Shown here: piece after piece, positions 1-11,000 of the stretch | Layout: each line of letters begins with the position of its first letter | Numbering within the stretch: position 1 is the first letter of the stretch | DNA from: Macrostomum lignano | Lineage: Eukaryota | Reading direction: 5' to 3' | NCBI GenBank assembly: GCA_002269645.1 | Contig: NIVC01001199.1 | Location: 1 to 64,000, forward strand | Length of the DNA stretch: 64,000 nucleotides | Notes under the pieces: model-generated | Databases searched by the model: none | Told to the model about the DNA's origin: nothing | What the model saw: the letters and a program-made list of their open reading frames with translations, nothing else | Translations under genes and position numbers: made by a program

Positions 1-604
1 TGATAATAATGATATGATAGTCAGCAAACATTAGATGTGCCTGCAAGTGATTAAGCAAATTTATTCATTTACGCACAGGTGGTACTACCACACAGTCTGT
101 TAGTCTGGACAAGTACAAAATTTAAAATTTAACTTGTGGTGCATAGTAATGCAATTCAATATAGTTACCAAATCCTCCAATGTATGCACCAAGGGAGTTT
201 GCTGAACTTTTTCCTTGTGCAGCACGTTTGTACAGATTTTTCTTCAGCAGTTAGACTTTTAAATTTGTCACTTAAAAAAGCCATGCGTTTCTTGGAAAAG
301 TTATCTGAAATAATTGTAGATCATTACTCCATTTAAAACAAAAAAAGTAGAACTTACAAAAAAGAAACAACACTGAAGTTCAAAGCAAAAAAGCCAAACA
401 AAATCTTACTTGTTCCCATAGTCTTCAAAAACATGGACTAGGCACTGGTCTTTCTTGGGCATAAACGCCAACTTCGGGCACTTTTTCATGCTTAAAAATA
501 GCTGAAAATTGAATTGAAGACAAATAAACCAAACAATTATTATAAAACATGATTTCCTTAAATGAAAAAAAAGGAAAATGGAAATATAAAAGGATGGAGA
601 TAAG

Positions 605-1590
605 TGTTGTAGGGGTCTGTCTCTCAGTTTAAGAATCTCACTGCTATTACCAAAACTGTTGTAGGGGGGGTATTTATGGAACTCTTGGGATTTCTGAAAG
701 ATAGTATAATTTTATTACTAATAGGAGTAAGCCAAGGGTTGCTCCTGGTGGCGTGAGTGTCCGAGCAGCAAGACACTGTCTAAAGGTTAAACTCTCCGAG
801 GGGGGGCTACGCGGCAGATCAGAGTTGCCTGGGGAATTATCGCACGATGGGAATTTCTAATAGCTAATAAGGAATGATTTCATGGGGAAGAGTTCACTTA
901 ATGGAATCGTTAAGGGGAGGCTAAGATTTCTAATAGTTAAACTTCAAAGTAGGGGAACGAAATACCGAGTCAGTTGGGAGTTAGAGTTGGGCCAGATAAC
1001 TGGGTGACAGTAGGTCTGGGTAGGGAGTTGGCTGAACTCCAGGTCGAATTCTGGGGTCTGGGGTTAGGGAAGGAAAGAGAGGCAAAGCTCTTGGTCACTG
1101 GGGGATAGGGGATGAGGTAATCACTGAGCGTGTCTGCAGGGTTGGAGGGGGGGGAAAGCTGTACGCTTATAGCTGGACAGATCCTTCGTGGGGAGAGGGG
1201 AGAGGCTGTACGCTTCGGCTAAACAGGCCTTGGGAAAGGGCTGAACGCCTAAATAAAGAACAGTGAGTCAGGCAGTGCCCAATTACAACCTTTGTATTAG
1301 CCAACCTCTTAAAGGAGAGTGGGCCACACGAGGAGGAAGAAGAAGTCTCTCCTGACGTTACAATCGCTCGCTTATATAGTATATTTTAACAAAATGTCAG
1401 ACAATTTTAAACAAACATTTTACTAGATAACAATTTTTTACTAATATTCAAGTGCGCATTTATATTTTTAAGAAAAAGAAAACATTATACAAGCTCACAT
1501 ATTTTACGATATTAAAGGCAGAAATTTAGTCGTGAAGGCAACAAAGAATAAGGTATTAAGATGCATTGCTATAATAAACTGCCTGCCTCA
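605..1590 (-). repeat. 3' LTR (986 bp)
   Basis: Begins tgttgtaggggtc and ends ctgcctca. About 98% identical by eye to 8926-9916. Confidence 0.95.
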
Positions 1591-1602
1591 ACTGGCCTTC
1601 CT
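1591..1602 (-). other. Polypurine tract
   Basis: Minus strand reads AGGAAGGCCAGT immediately 5' of the 3' LTR. Confidence 0.75.
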
Positions 1603-1788
1603 ACAATAAATTTTTAAAACAAGATATGCGAGTGCGAAAATTTATTAAACAGGTAAATGTATTATTGCAAACAGATAAATGTACTATTGCAGAAAAATAA
1701 TTGTTCAGTTCACACAGTTCACTCAAATGAAGCGAAATTCTTCAGGTAGCCAGTCCGGGTGTGGCCATCGGCACTTATAACCAAGCCA

Positions 1789-2641
1789 CTAAACTTCTTT
1801 GACGACGTTCTCAATGTTGTACTCACGATGTTCTCGATTTAAATCGCTCAACGCGTACACAGTGGTGCGTTGCCAGGCAGCGAGGGCCTGATTCAGCGGC
1901 ATTTGGCGCAACATGCGCAGAGTGGGCCAAACGTCCTTGCACTGAGGGAAATCGCGAGCCACCCGAATTAGATACAATTTCAGCGTGGTGACGTGATGAC
2001 GGAATTTGGCTCGTTGGTAGTCGGGCAAGTTGGCCACTACATTGTTGTAATACTCGCCGAGGTTTTGAGGCGGCTGAGGCTGGGCTCGCTGAGCTGGTTC
2101 GGCCATCAGAGGCGGAATCTCAGCCTTAGACGATTCGCTCTTGACAATCGGGTCGGTCAAAGATCTGTACCGTGGCTGATGCTGCGACTGCATACTGTAA
2201 TCTTCAGGCGGCTTTACGATCGGCGAATGAGAGTGTTCTCTGGGTCGGCAGTCGAGGAAACGGCGGCGGCTTGGGAGTCGCTAGTGGGTGACGGTGGGCC
2301 AGTTTGTGGGCCAAGATGACCGGACTTCACTATGTGCGGCGCCTCCTTCAGGGAAATCACTTTTGATCGATTGCTACCGGGGGGCTGACGTTGCACGGCC
2401 TCAGGGTCGAGAGAACTGGGGCGTCAGCTTGCTTTTGCAAAAGCTGGGCACGCTTCTTGGGCGTAGCTGCAGGGGGCGGTTTAGTGACAACTGAAGCTAC
2501 TTTTGACTTGTGGCACGGTAAGTTGGGCCTAGTGGCTTGCCTAATTGGCGCTGGCAGTTCATTCTCATCGTTGAACTCACTATCGTCGCTATCACTTAGG
2601 GAAAATTCGTCTTGTAGACGTTTGAGTTCTTCGGGATTCAT
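1789..2641 (-). pseudogene. Disrupted third ORF (~284 codons) of the retrotransposon, function unknown, not env-like
   Basis: ATG at 2641 (MNPEELKRLQDEFSLSDSDD...) and overlapping ORF pieces 2357-2713, 2214-2396 and 1789-2193 can be joined with two lesions. It lies inside the element, sense to pol, and has no hydrophobic TM segment. Confidence 0.6.
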
Positions 2642-3207
2642 GACGGATTGCAAGGTATAATTCAGATTGATAGCGGGAAGATAAAAGTCGAGTTGACAGT
2701 TAGTGTTGTGCAACCAAAAGCTTTTGTATTTACTATCCTCTTAAGTCTGTTATTTGATACTTCTTTGTTTTCATGACCCACCTCAATTTCTGTGTTCTTT
2801 GTGCTCTCATTCTTCTCTGGATCGATAATTTGAGGGGTTCTTTGTGCATAGCTAGGGTCTGGGCGAGGGCTTCTTGTGTTCAAAATTTGGGGTTTGCCGG
2901 GCGAAGGGGACGGCGAGGGAGGGGTAGAAAGGCGTAGACGGGCTTAATATTCTAGATTGCGCAAGAATCTTACTGCTAATAGTAGGCGGTCTAGATGACA
3001 GTTGCAACGGTGTTTATTTTGGGAGGGGTGTCTTAAATTGTAGGGATGACGGTGTGGGGGTTCGGGATCTCGCGGGGCAGAAGAGGGGGGTTAGAGCTGG
3101 GGGGCAGGAAAGGGGGGTTGGAGCTGAGGGGCAGGAGAGGGGGGTTGGGGCTGAGAAATCTTTTCGTTCGGGGCCTCAATCTCTGAGTCATCGGTCATTT
3201 CATTCTC

Positions 3208-6200
3208 TTACTCTGTCTGGGCTTCACTCCATTCTTCTGGCTGGATTTCATTGTCTTCGTCTCCTAACTCTTCGTTCTCTGCTTCTCTAATTTGGCATCT
3301 CCAATTAATTTCTTCCTCATCGGATTCTTCTTCAGATTCAACTGGTTTGGGCAGGATTAATTTTTGGGAATTTCGGCGGGGTTGGCCTTCCTTAATTACA
3401 GGTTGTCTCTTAGGTTTAGTAGAGGTGGGAATTGGAGCGGGAGTGGGAACGGGAGCGGGATTAGAGGCGGAATCAAGGGCATCTCGCTGGCCTTCCTTAG
3501 TGATTCGCTCTGCAGTAGAATTTGGGACTGGGGTTAGATTGTCTTGATGCACAAGCATTTCTTTTCCTACTAATTCTCCTTCTTCTTCTTTCTGGACTTT
3601 GAAAACCACTTCTGATAGTTGGGCTAAAACTCTAAAGGCGGATCTCTTCTTTTGGTGGAACTTGTGGGATTCTTCGCTATCTAGCTGGGGGTTATTAATC
3701 AGTGCAAGGCAACCTATAGGGATTCTAGGGGGTAGCTTGTTAGTTTCAGCAGCGACTTGTCTTTTCTCTACTACTTTTTCCAACTTCTTCTTGACTATCT
3801 TATGAGCTTCCTCTAATCTTTCGGCATGCTTAGTGATGTAGGCGGGATAATCAGCGTGTTCTGCTGTACTTCTGATCTGAGTGTCTAGAGGTAAGGTGGC
3901 TTCTCTGCCAAATAATAGGAAGTGAGGGGAAAAACCTGTGGTTGAATTGGGGCTGGTGCGGACTGCTACTAAGGCTGCGGGAATTAATAAATCCCAATCA
4001 CCGTGATCCTTATTGATCAAGCAGGTGATGATTGACTTGACTTGCTTATTGAAACGTTCAACTAGTCCATTAGATTGGGCATGGTAGGGGGTAGTGAAGG
4101 TGTGGCAAATATTATAAAGTTCGCAAAAAGCTTTAAATTGTTTGCTGGCGAAAGTTTTTCCATTGTCTGTGTGGATCCAGGTGGGCTGTCCATATTCTGC
4201 TACTATTCGTTCAAGTAGTATCTTGATGACTTTGTCTGATTTTTGGTTTCTAATGGGAAAAGCAAAGGGGTATCTAGTTGTGCTATCAACAACTGTTAAA
4301 ACATATTTATGACCTCGTTTGCTTTCTTTTGAGATTGGGCCGATGATGTCTATGTGCAGGCGGCTAAATGCTTTACCAATAGGGAACGACTGGACTGGGG
4401 CCTGGACAAAATGTCCTTTCTTGCTCTCAAGGCAGGGGATGCACTCAGCAATTAATTGCTCGACTGAAGTGCTTAGTCTGGGTCGCCAAAATCTTTCTCT
4501 TATCCTCTGGAGCGTTTTATCTCTTCCTAGATGTCCTGCAAGGGGGCTGCAGTGTAGATCAATAAAAACTGCTTTGTCTAGGGATGGGGGCAAAACTACT
4601 TTGTTCTTTCCGTCTTCGGCAATTGTCAATAGTTCGTTATCGATCTCCATCAGTTTGAAATATTTACTGACTTTCTCGGGCACGTCCGGTGATTTGGGGA
4701 GTTGGCTCAGTTTCTGTTTCTTTGCTTCTAGTAGAGCTTTGATAATGGGGTCAGCAGCTTGGGCTTCTTCAATCTGTTCTTTCTTCAGGGGGCTGGGGAG
4801 ATAATCAGTTAACAACTTCTCACACTTTCCTGTCTCTTCTTTTTCTGCTTCTACTTCTCTACCTGAGACAATTAGCTTTGTCCTAGATTCGGGACATTCA
4901 GTCTGGGTCTCGCTTTCTGTCAGAGCTTCAGGTGACTGGGACATGGGGTTGTCCTTAGTTTCAGCGGGAGCACTCTCATCTCTCAGGGGAACAGGGGTCA
5001 ATTTCTCAACTTTCTCAGGGATTGGCTCAGTTCTCTCAAAATTTTCTTCAGATGCTTCAGGGGTTTCAGGGATCGCTTCAGCAGACTCAGTGGCTGCGTC
5101 AGGGACTTCAGGTGCTATTTCAGCAAGTTCGGGGGCTGCTTCAGGGGATATTTCAGGGGCTTCAGCTATCTCAGCTGGTCTTCGCGACAATCCGTCGGCA
5201 TTGGAATGTTTTGCGCCACTTCTGTGTTCAATGTCGAACCTGAATTCGTTCAGACGCTCTATCCATCTACCTAGGATTCCGGTTGCTTCAGTCTGTCTCA
5301 TGAGCCAAATTATCGCTTTATGATCAGTTCGGGCTAAGAATTTCTTGCCGATCAGATAAAATCTGAAATGCCTCATAGCGTTGACAAGGGCTAACAATTC
5401 TTTCCGAGTAATGGGGTAACGCTTCTCTGATTCCTTCATTGCTCTACTAAAATAGGCTATTGGTCGCTCTATGCCATCACTCTGGATTTGGCCAAGGCAT
5501 GCGCCAATCCTGTCGTCACTGGCATCTGTGTCGAGCACCATTTTCACATTTTCATCTTCGACATATTTGGGGTATGCTAATACTTCAGTAGACATCATTT
5601 GCTGCTTCAGGGACTCAAAGGCTTCGTCATGCACTTTGCTCCACTTAGATTGGAAATTCTGAACTCCTTTTCGAGTCAATTGGAATAGGGGTGAGCCACT
5701 TCGGCATAATTTTTCACAAATCGGCAATAATAATTGCATAGGCCAAGAAAACTGCGTAGTTCTTTTATGTCTTTGGGACGGGGCCAAGTTTGGATAGCTT
5801 CAATCTTCGTCTTGTCTGTTTGAATGCCTTGTCGGCCAATCACGTGTCCTAAGTACTTTAACTCGTGGTGGAAAAGATTGCACTTTTTGGGTCTCAACTT
5901 CAGACCTGCGGCAATTAGTCGCTTAAACACTTCTCTTAAGTGCTCTAAATGTTCGGCAAAAGTTTGGGAGTAGGCTATTATGTCATCTATATAGGACATG
6001 GCAAACTTGTGTTGGATTCCTAATAATACCAAATTCATTAGGCGTTGGAAGGTTCCGGGGGCATTGGAAAGTCCTTGGGCCATCACTTGGTATTCAAATT
6101 GGCCTCTAGTTAGGGTGGAGAAGGTGGTTCGATGCTTATCTTCTTCTTTGATGGGGACTTGCCAGTATCCTGAGTTTAAATCAAGGCTGCTAAAGTATTG

Positions 6201-7842
6201 GCTACCAGTTAGGTGGGAGAAGGTCTCTTGAATATTAGGGAGGGGGTAGGGGTAGTAATTAACTCTTGAGTTGAGCACGCGGAAATCGCTCACGATTCTA
6301 ATAGAACCGTCTTTCTTGGGGACAATTACTAGGGGAGTGGAGTAAGTTGAATAGCAGGGTCTAATTAGATTTTTGGCTAACATATCGTCTAATTGGGCGT
6401 CAACTTGCTTTTGCAAGTGTGGGAGGGATGCGTCTAGCTGGGATTCTAACGGGAGTGGGGTCTTTGATAGAGATTTCGTGGGTTACTAAGTGTGTCAGGC
6501 CCATGTCTAATTCATTCTGGGAAAAAGCTTCACGGTTTTCTTTCATTAAGTCAATGACTGCTTTTCGCTGTTTATCTGACAGTTCAGGGCCAAGGCTCAC
6601 TTCATTAATCCAGGAATCTTCAGTACATTGAGTCTGGTTGACTTTCGCAGGGAGTTGGGAGCTGGGGGGTTGGGTTTGCCAATAGGTTAGATCTTTAGCT
6701 TTCATGGGTCTGGCTAAGCCAATTAGGGAAGTTTTAGTTAGATTCACATCTACTAGGTGGTGGTTAATAATTTTGACAATTCCTTTGCCTTCTTTCATAG
6801 TTACTAAGGTTGGAACCATTTCTAATGAGAAATCACGGGTTCAGATAGTATTGCCAATGGCTTCAATGGTCATAGGAGTGCCGTAATTCGATTCACAATT
6901 CTTGGCTAACTTCATGGGTATTCGAAGGGCACTATTAGCTGGGATGATTACTCTTTCTTGAGTATAAACTCGGCAAACTTTCACGGGTAGGCGGGTATAC
7001 TGCATGGGTATACAGGTACCTTCATTAAGCACTAGCATTCCTTTGGCTAGCTGAATGCTTTCGCATTGGGATAGGAAAAATTCCATACCTAGAATATTGT
7101 CACAATCATGTCGGCATAGGAGGAAATCAACTTTGATTTGGATATCGCCAAATTTCACTTGGGCGGATACTTCTCCTTCTAATTGAACTGGGGTACCGTC
7201 AAATGTACTGATGCTTTTGCTAGTGTCTTGGATTTGATCGGCACGGAATAGCTTAGACTAGGTTGAGCGGCTCAGGAAATTATTTCTGGCGCCTGTGTCT
7301 AGCAAGAAATCAATCGATTCTTTCTGGATATCGCCAACAATTACAGCTTCATAACCTTCTAGCTTAGTCAGGTCGATTCGGGATGGGGAATTGGGTTTTG
7401 GCTTTTGTCGCTTCCTTGAGCGAGTTTCAGCACTGGATAGAGCATTATTGGTTTTAATCGCATGGGATACATGGGGTGCAAGCGCAGTGGGTACATGGGG
7501 TGCGGACACATGATGTACATGAGCTTTGGTCGCATTGGTTACATGAGAGGCGGTTGCATGGGGGGAATTGTATACATGAGGGTCATGGGGGGCATTTGGC
7601 ATGGCATTGTCGGCATCATCAAAGGCAAGAAGTGAAAAATTATTGGGGGAGACAAATATCGCATTATTTATAGGCATTGGCTGTACATGGGAGGTTTTGC
7701 GGGGATAGCGGAAACTGTACTGGGGAGGTTGCCGGTATTTCGGCTGGGGGGCATTTCGAAATGATAGGGAGGCAGGAGAGTAAGCAATATTTTGGCCTGA
7801 GGGGCGTGGCCTCTTAACTCGACCCTGGCTTCTCAGTTTCCC
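3208..7842 (-). pseudogene. pol: pol (protease, RT, RNase H, integrase) with 2 in-frame stops and 2 frameshifts
   Basis: Motifs: PR LLDTGA (~7290), RT YIDD (~5985), RNase H DTDAS...TDHKA, integrase H-x6-H...C-x2-C, HIDIIGP, DNG, NGLVE. In-frame stops at 7258-7260 and 6841-6843. Frameshifts near 6420 and 5695. Confidence 0.95.
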
Positions 7843-8843
7843 GACTTCTGGGAGTCACGGGGGTTACGGAACTTCAGCGGCTCATATCTTGGGTTAGGAG
7901 GCTGACGCTCATTCCTTCTTGGGGGTTCACATCTTGGCGGCTGGTTCATCAGCTGGGGCCTGTACTGCTGCTGAGGTTGCGGCCTGTACTGCTGCTGAGG
8001 TGGCTGTCTGTACTGCTGCTGGGGTGGCTGTCTATACAACTGAGGGTTTGGCTGTCTGTACTGCTGAGGAGGTGGCTGCCTATACTGTTGCTGGGGGAAC
8101 ACCTGAGATGACGGGGCGCATTGCGCTGTTTCGGCCAGTTGTTTCTGCAGGTTCTGAATAAGCCTTTCTTGGCGGTCAATTTGGTTCTGCTGATTGATGA
8201 TCAATTGATCAGTTTTAGCCTTATTCTCCTCTTTCTCTTCTTTAGTCACTTGGATTCCACCTTTGTGGGACATCTGGTAAGCAGCTTCAATTCTGCGCAG
8301 CATTCTGTGGGCGGCTTGGAGACTAGCCGGTTGGGCAAGGATCAGCTTCTCACGGGTGTCGGGAGGGGTTCTCACACCTTTAATAAATTGTTCGACAAGT
8401 TCTTCTTCTCTCTACTCAGCATCCATGTTCAGGAATGCGTGGGAGGCTAATTCTATTAGGGCATCGGCAAAGCTATTAGTGGATTCGTTTCTGCCTTGGC
8501 AGCAATTCCTAAACTCTTCGCGAAATTCGGCGGAGCTACCTACTTTTCCAAATCTTTCGATTAGTCTTTCTTTGAACTCTTCATAGGGGAGATTAGCTGG
8601 GAGGTTGAGGCATTGAACTGCTGCAAATGCAGTGCTCAGGTCTAAATTGGTAAGCAGTTCCTGCTTCCGGTTTTCTTCTTCTATGCCTTCGTTTTCACAT
8701 CTCTGGTCAAATGCGGTAAGCCAGACTCTAATATCTTGGCTGGGAAGGTACTTCTGGATCTTTACATGTCTGAGGGGGCCTAATTCGAGTTGGTTGCGGA
8801 GCTCTTCAGCTAAGAGTGCAAGGGCATCGTTAACTGCGGCCAT
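7833..8843 (-). pseudogene. gag: gag with one in-frame TAG (8412-8414)
   Basis: ORFs 8412-8843 and 7833-8375 are in the same frame, joined by *REEELVEQFIKGV. The N-terminus is retrotransposon-gag-like and the C-terminus has QQYRQPP repeats with no CCHC knuckle. Confidence 0.85.
7836..7842 (-). promoter_or_regulatory. -1 ribosomal frameshift slippery heptamer G GGA AAC
   Basis: Directly before the gag stop. The -1 frame is open from here through the protease motif. Confidence 0.8.
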
Positions 8844-8909
8844 ACTACTTCAGGGATTGGAAAGGGAAATTAGGCTAGGGTTGCGCGTTTCTCCAGATTC
8901 TGATCCTTT

Positions 8910-8922
8910 ACCGCTGCCACCA
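8910..8922 (-). promoter_or_regulatory. Primer-binding site, tRNA-Leu type
   Basis: Minus strand TGGTGGCAGCGGT lies 3 nt inside the 5' LTR. It is complementary to the ...ACCGCUGCCACCA 3' end of eukaryotic tRNA-Leu(AAG), recalled from known sequences. Confidence 0.8.
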
Positions 8923-8925
8923 AAT

Positions 8926-9916
8926 TGTTGTAAGGGTCTGTCTCTCAGTTTAAGAATCTCACTGCTGTTACCAAAACTGTTGTAGGGGGGGTATTTAATG
9001 AACTCTTGGGATTTCTGAAAGATAGTATAATTTTATTACTAATAGGAGTAAGCCAAGGGTTGCTCCTGGTGGCGTGAGTGTCCGAGCAGCAAGACACTGT
9101 CTAAAGGTTAAACTGTCCGAGGGGGGGCTACGCGGCAGATCAGAGTTGCCTGGGGAATTATCGCACGATGGGAATTTCTAATAGCTAATAAGGAATGATT
9201 TCATGGGGAAGAGTTCACTTAATGGAATCGTTAAGGGGGGGGGGGTTAAGATTTCTAATAGTTAAACTTCAAAGTAGGGGAACGAAATACCGAGTCAGTT
9301 GGGAGTTAGAGTTGGGCCATATAACTGGGCGACAGTAGGTCTGGGTAGGGAGTTGGCTGAACTCCAAGTCGAATTCTGGGGTCTGGGGGTTAGGGAAGGA
9401 AAGAGAGGCGAAGCTCTTGGTCACTGGGGGATAGGGGATGAGGTAATCACTGAGTGTGTCTGCAGGGTTGGAGGGGGGGAAAAGCTGTACGCTTATAGCT
9501 GGACAGATCCTTCGTGGGAAGAGGGGAGAGGCTGTACGCTTCGGCTAAACAGGCCTTGGGAAAGGGCTGAACGCCTAAATAAAGAACAGTGAGTCAGGCA
9601 GTGCCCAATTACAACCTTTGTATTAGCCAACCTCTTAAAGGAGAGTGGGCCACACGAGGAGGAAGAAGAAGTCTCTCCTGATGTTACAATCGCTTGCTTA
9701 TATAGTATATTTTGCCAAAATGTCGGACAATTTTAAACAAACATTTTACTAGATAACAATTTTTTACTAATATTCAAGTGCGCATTTATATTTTTAAGAA
9801 AAAGAAAACATTATACCAGCTCACATATTTTACGATATTAAAGGCAGAAATTTAGTCGTGAAGGCAACGAAGAATAAGGTATTAAGATGCATTGCTATAA
9901 TAAACTGCCTGCCTCA
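8926..9916 (-). repeat. 5' LTR (991 bp)
   Basis: Direct repeat of 605-1590, adjacent to the PBS. Confidence 0.95.
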
Positions 9917-9944
9917 TAAGGAATATAATTGTTAGACGTTTGAT

Positions 9945-11000
9945 TCTCCCAAAGGATTACGATAGGAGAGTGGCTGAATTCCCTGGAGGAATGGGATGGG
10001 AGAGAGGCTCGATTCCTCAAAGGATTGGGAAAGGGGACTGACTGGATTCCCTAGAGGATTTGGACAGGAAAGCAGCTAAATTCCCCAGAAGATTGGGAAA
10101 GGGGAGTGGCTGGATTTTCCAGCGGATTGGGAAGGGAGAGTGGCTGGATTCCCCAGAGGATTTGTAAAGGGGAGTGGCTGGATTCCCCAGAGGATTGGGA
10201 AAAGAAAGCACCTAAATTCCCCAGAGGATTGGGAAAAGAGAGTGGCTAGATTTTTCAAAGGATTAGGAAAAGAAAGCACCTAAATTCCCTAGCCAGAGGA
10301 TTTGGAAAAGAGTGGCTAGATTTTCCAGAGGATTGGGAAAGAGAAGTGGCTGGATTTACCCAGAGGATTAGTAAAGGGGAGTGACTGGATTCCCCAGAAG
10401 ATTGGGAAGGGAGAGTGGATGGATTCCTCAGAGGATTAGGAAAAAGAAGCAGCTAAATTCCACAGAAGATTGGGAAGGGGGACTGACTGGATTCCCTAGA
10501 GGATTTGGATTAAAAAGCACCTAAATTCCCCAGAGGATTGGGAAAAGAGAGTGGCTGGATTCCCCAGAGGATTGGGAAAAGAGAGTGGCTGGATTCCCCA
10601 GAGGATTGGGAAAAGAGAGTGGCTGGATTCCCCAGAGGATTGGGAAAAGAGAGTGGCTGGATTCCCCAAAGGATTGGGAAAAGAGAGTGGCTGGATTCCC
10701 CAGAGGATTGGGAAAGAGAAGTGGCTGGATTCCCTAAAGGATTTGAATAAGAAAGCAGCTAGATTATTCAGAGGATTGGGAAAGGGGAGTGTTTGGATTC
10801 CTTAGAAGATCTGGATAAGAAAGCAGCTGGATTCCCTAGAGGATTGAGAAGGGAGGGTGGCTGAATTCCCTAGAAGATTCGGAATTGGGAGTGGCTAGAT
10901 GCCCTAGAAGATTTAGATAAGAAAGCAGCTAAATTCCTAGAGGATTGAGATAGGAAAGTGGCTAAATTTCTTAGATGATTAAGATAAGAGAGAGGATAGA
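9945..11000. repeat. Minisatellite, ~32-bp unit gagtggctggattccccagaggattgggaaaa
   Basis: Near-perfect copies at 10530-10720, increasingly degenerate outward. Confidence 0.9.

Larger units (their letters stand above)
605..9916 (-). mobile_element. Full-length, decayed Ty3/gypsy LTR retrotransposon
   Basis: Two ~990-bp direct repeats with TG...CA ends (605-1590, 8926-9916). TAAG duplicated at 601-604 and 9917-9920. PBS and PPT lie at the expected positions. Domain order on the minus strand is gag-PR-RT-RNaseH-IN, i.e. gypsy order. Confidence 0.97.

Noticed and set aside
136-336. 66-aa ORF, and other short ORFs at 14260-14678 and 16581-16943
   Set aside because: AT-rich, non-ATG or weak starts, no homology cues, and no splice-consistent extension.
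6841-8414. Three in-frame stops in gag/pol as programmed readthrough
   Set aside because: They accompany two frameshifts and ~2% LTR divergence. A few nonsense mutations are expected from neutral decay, and the contexts differ.
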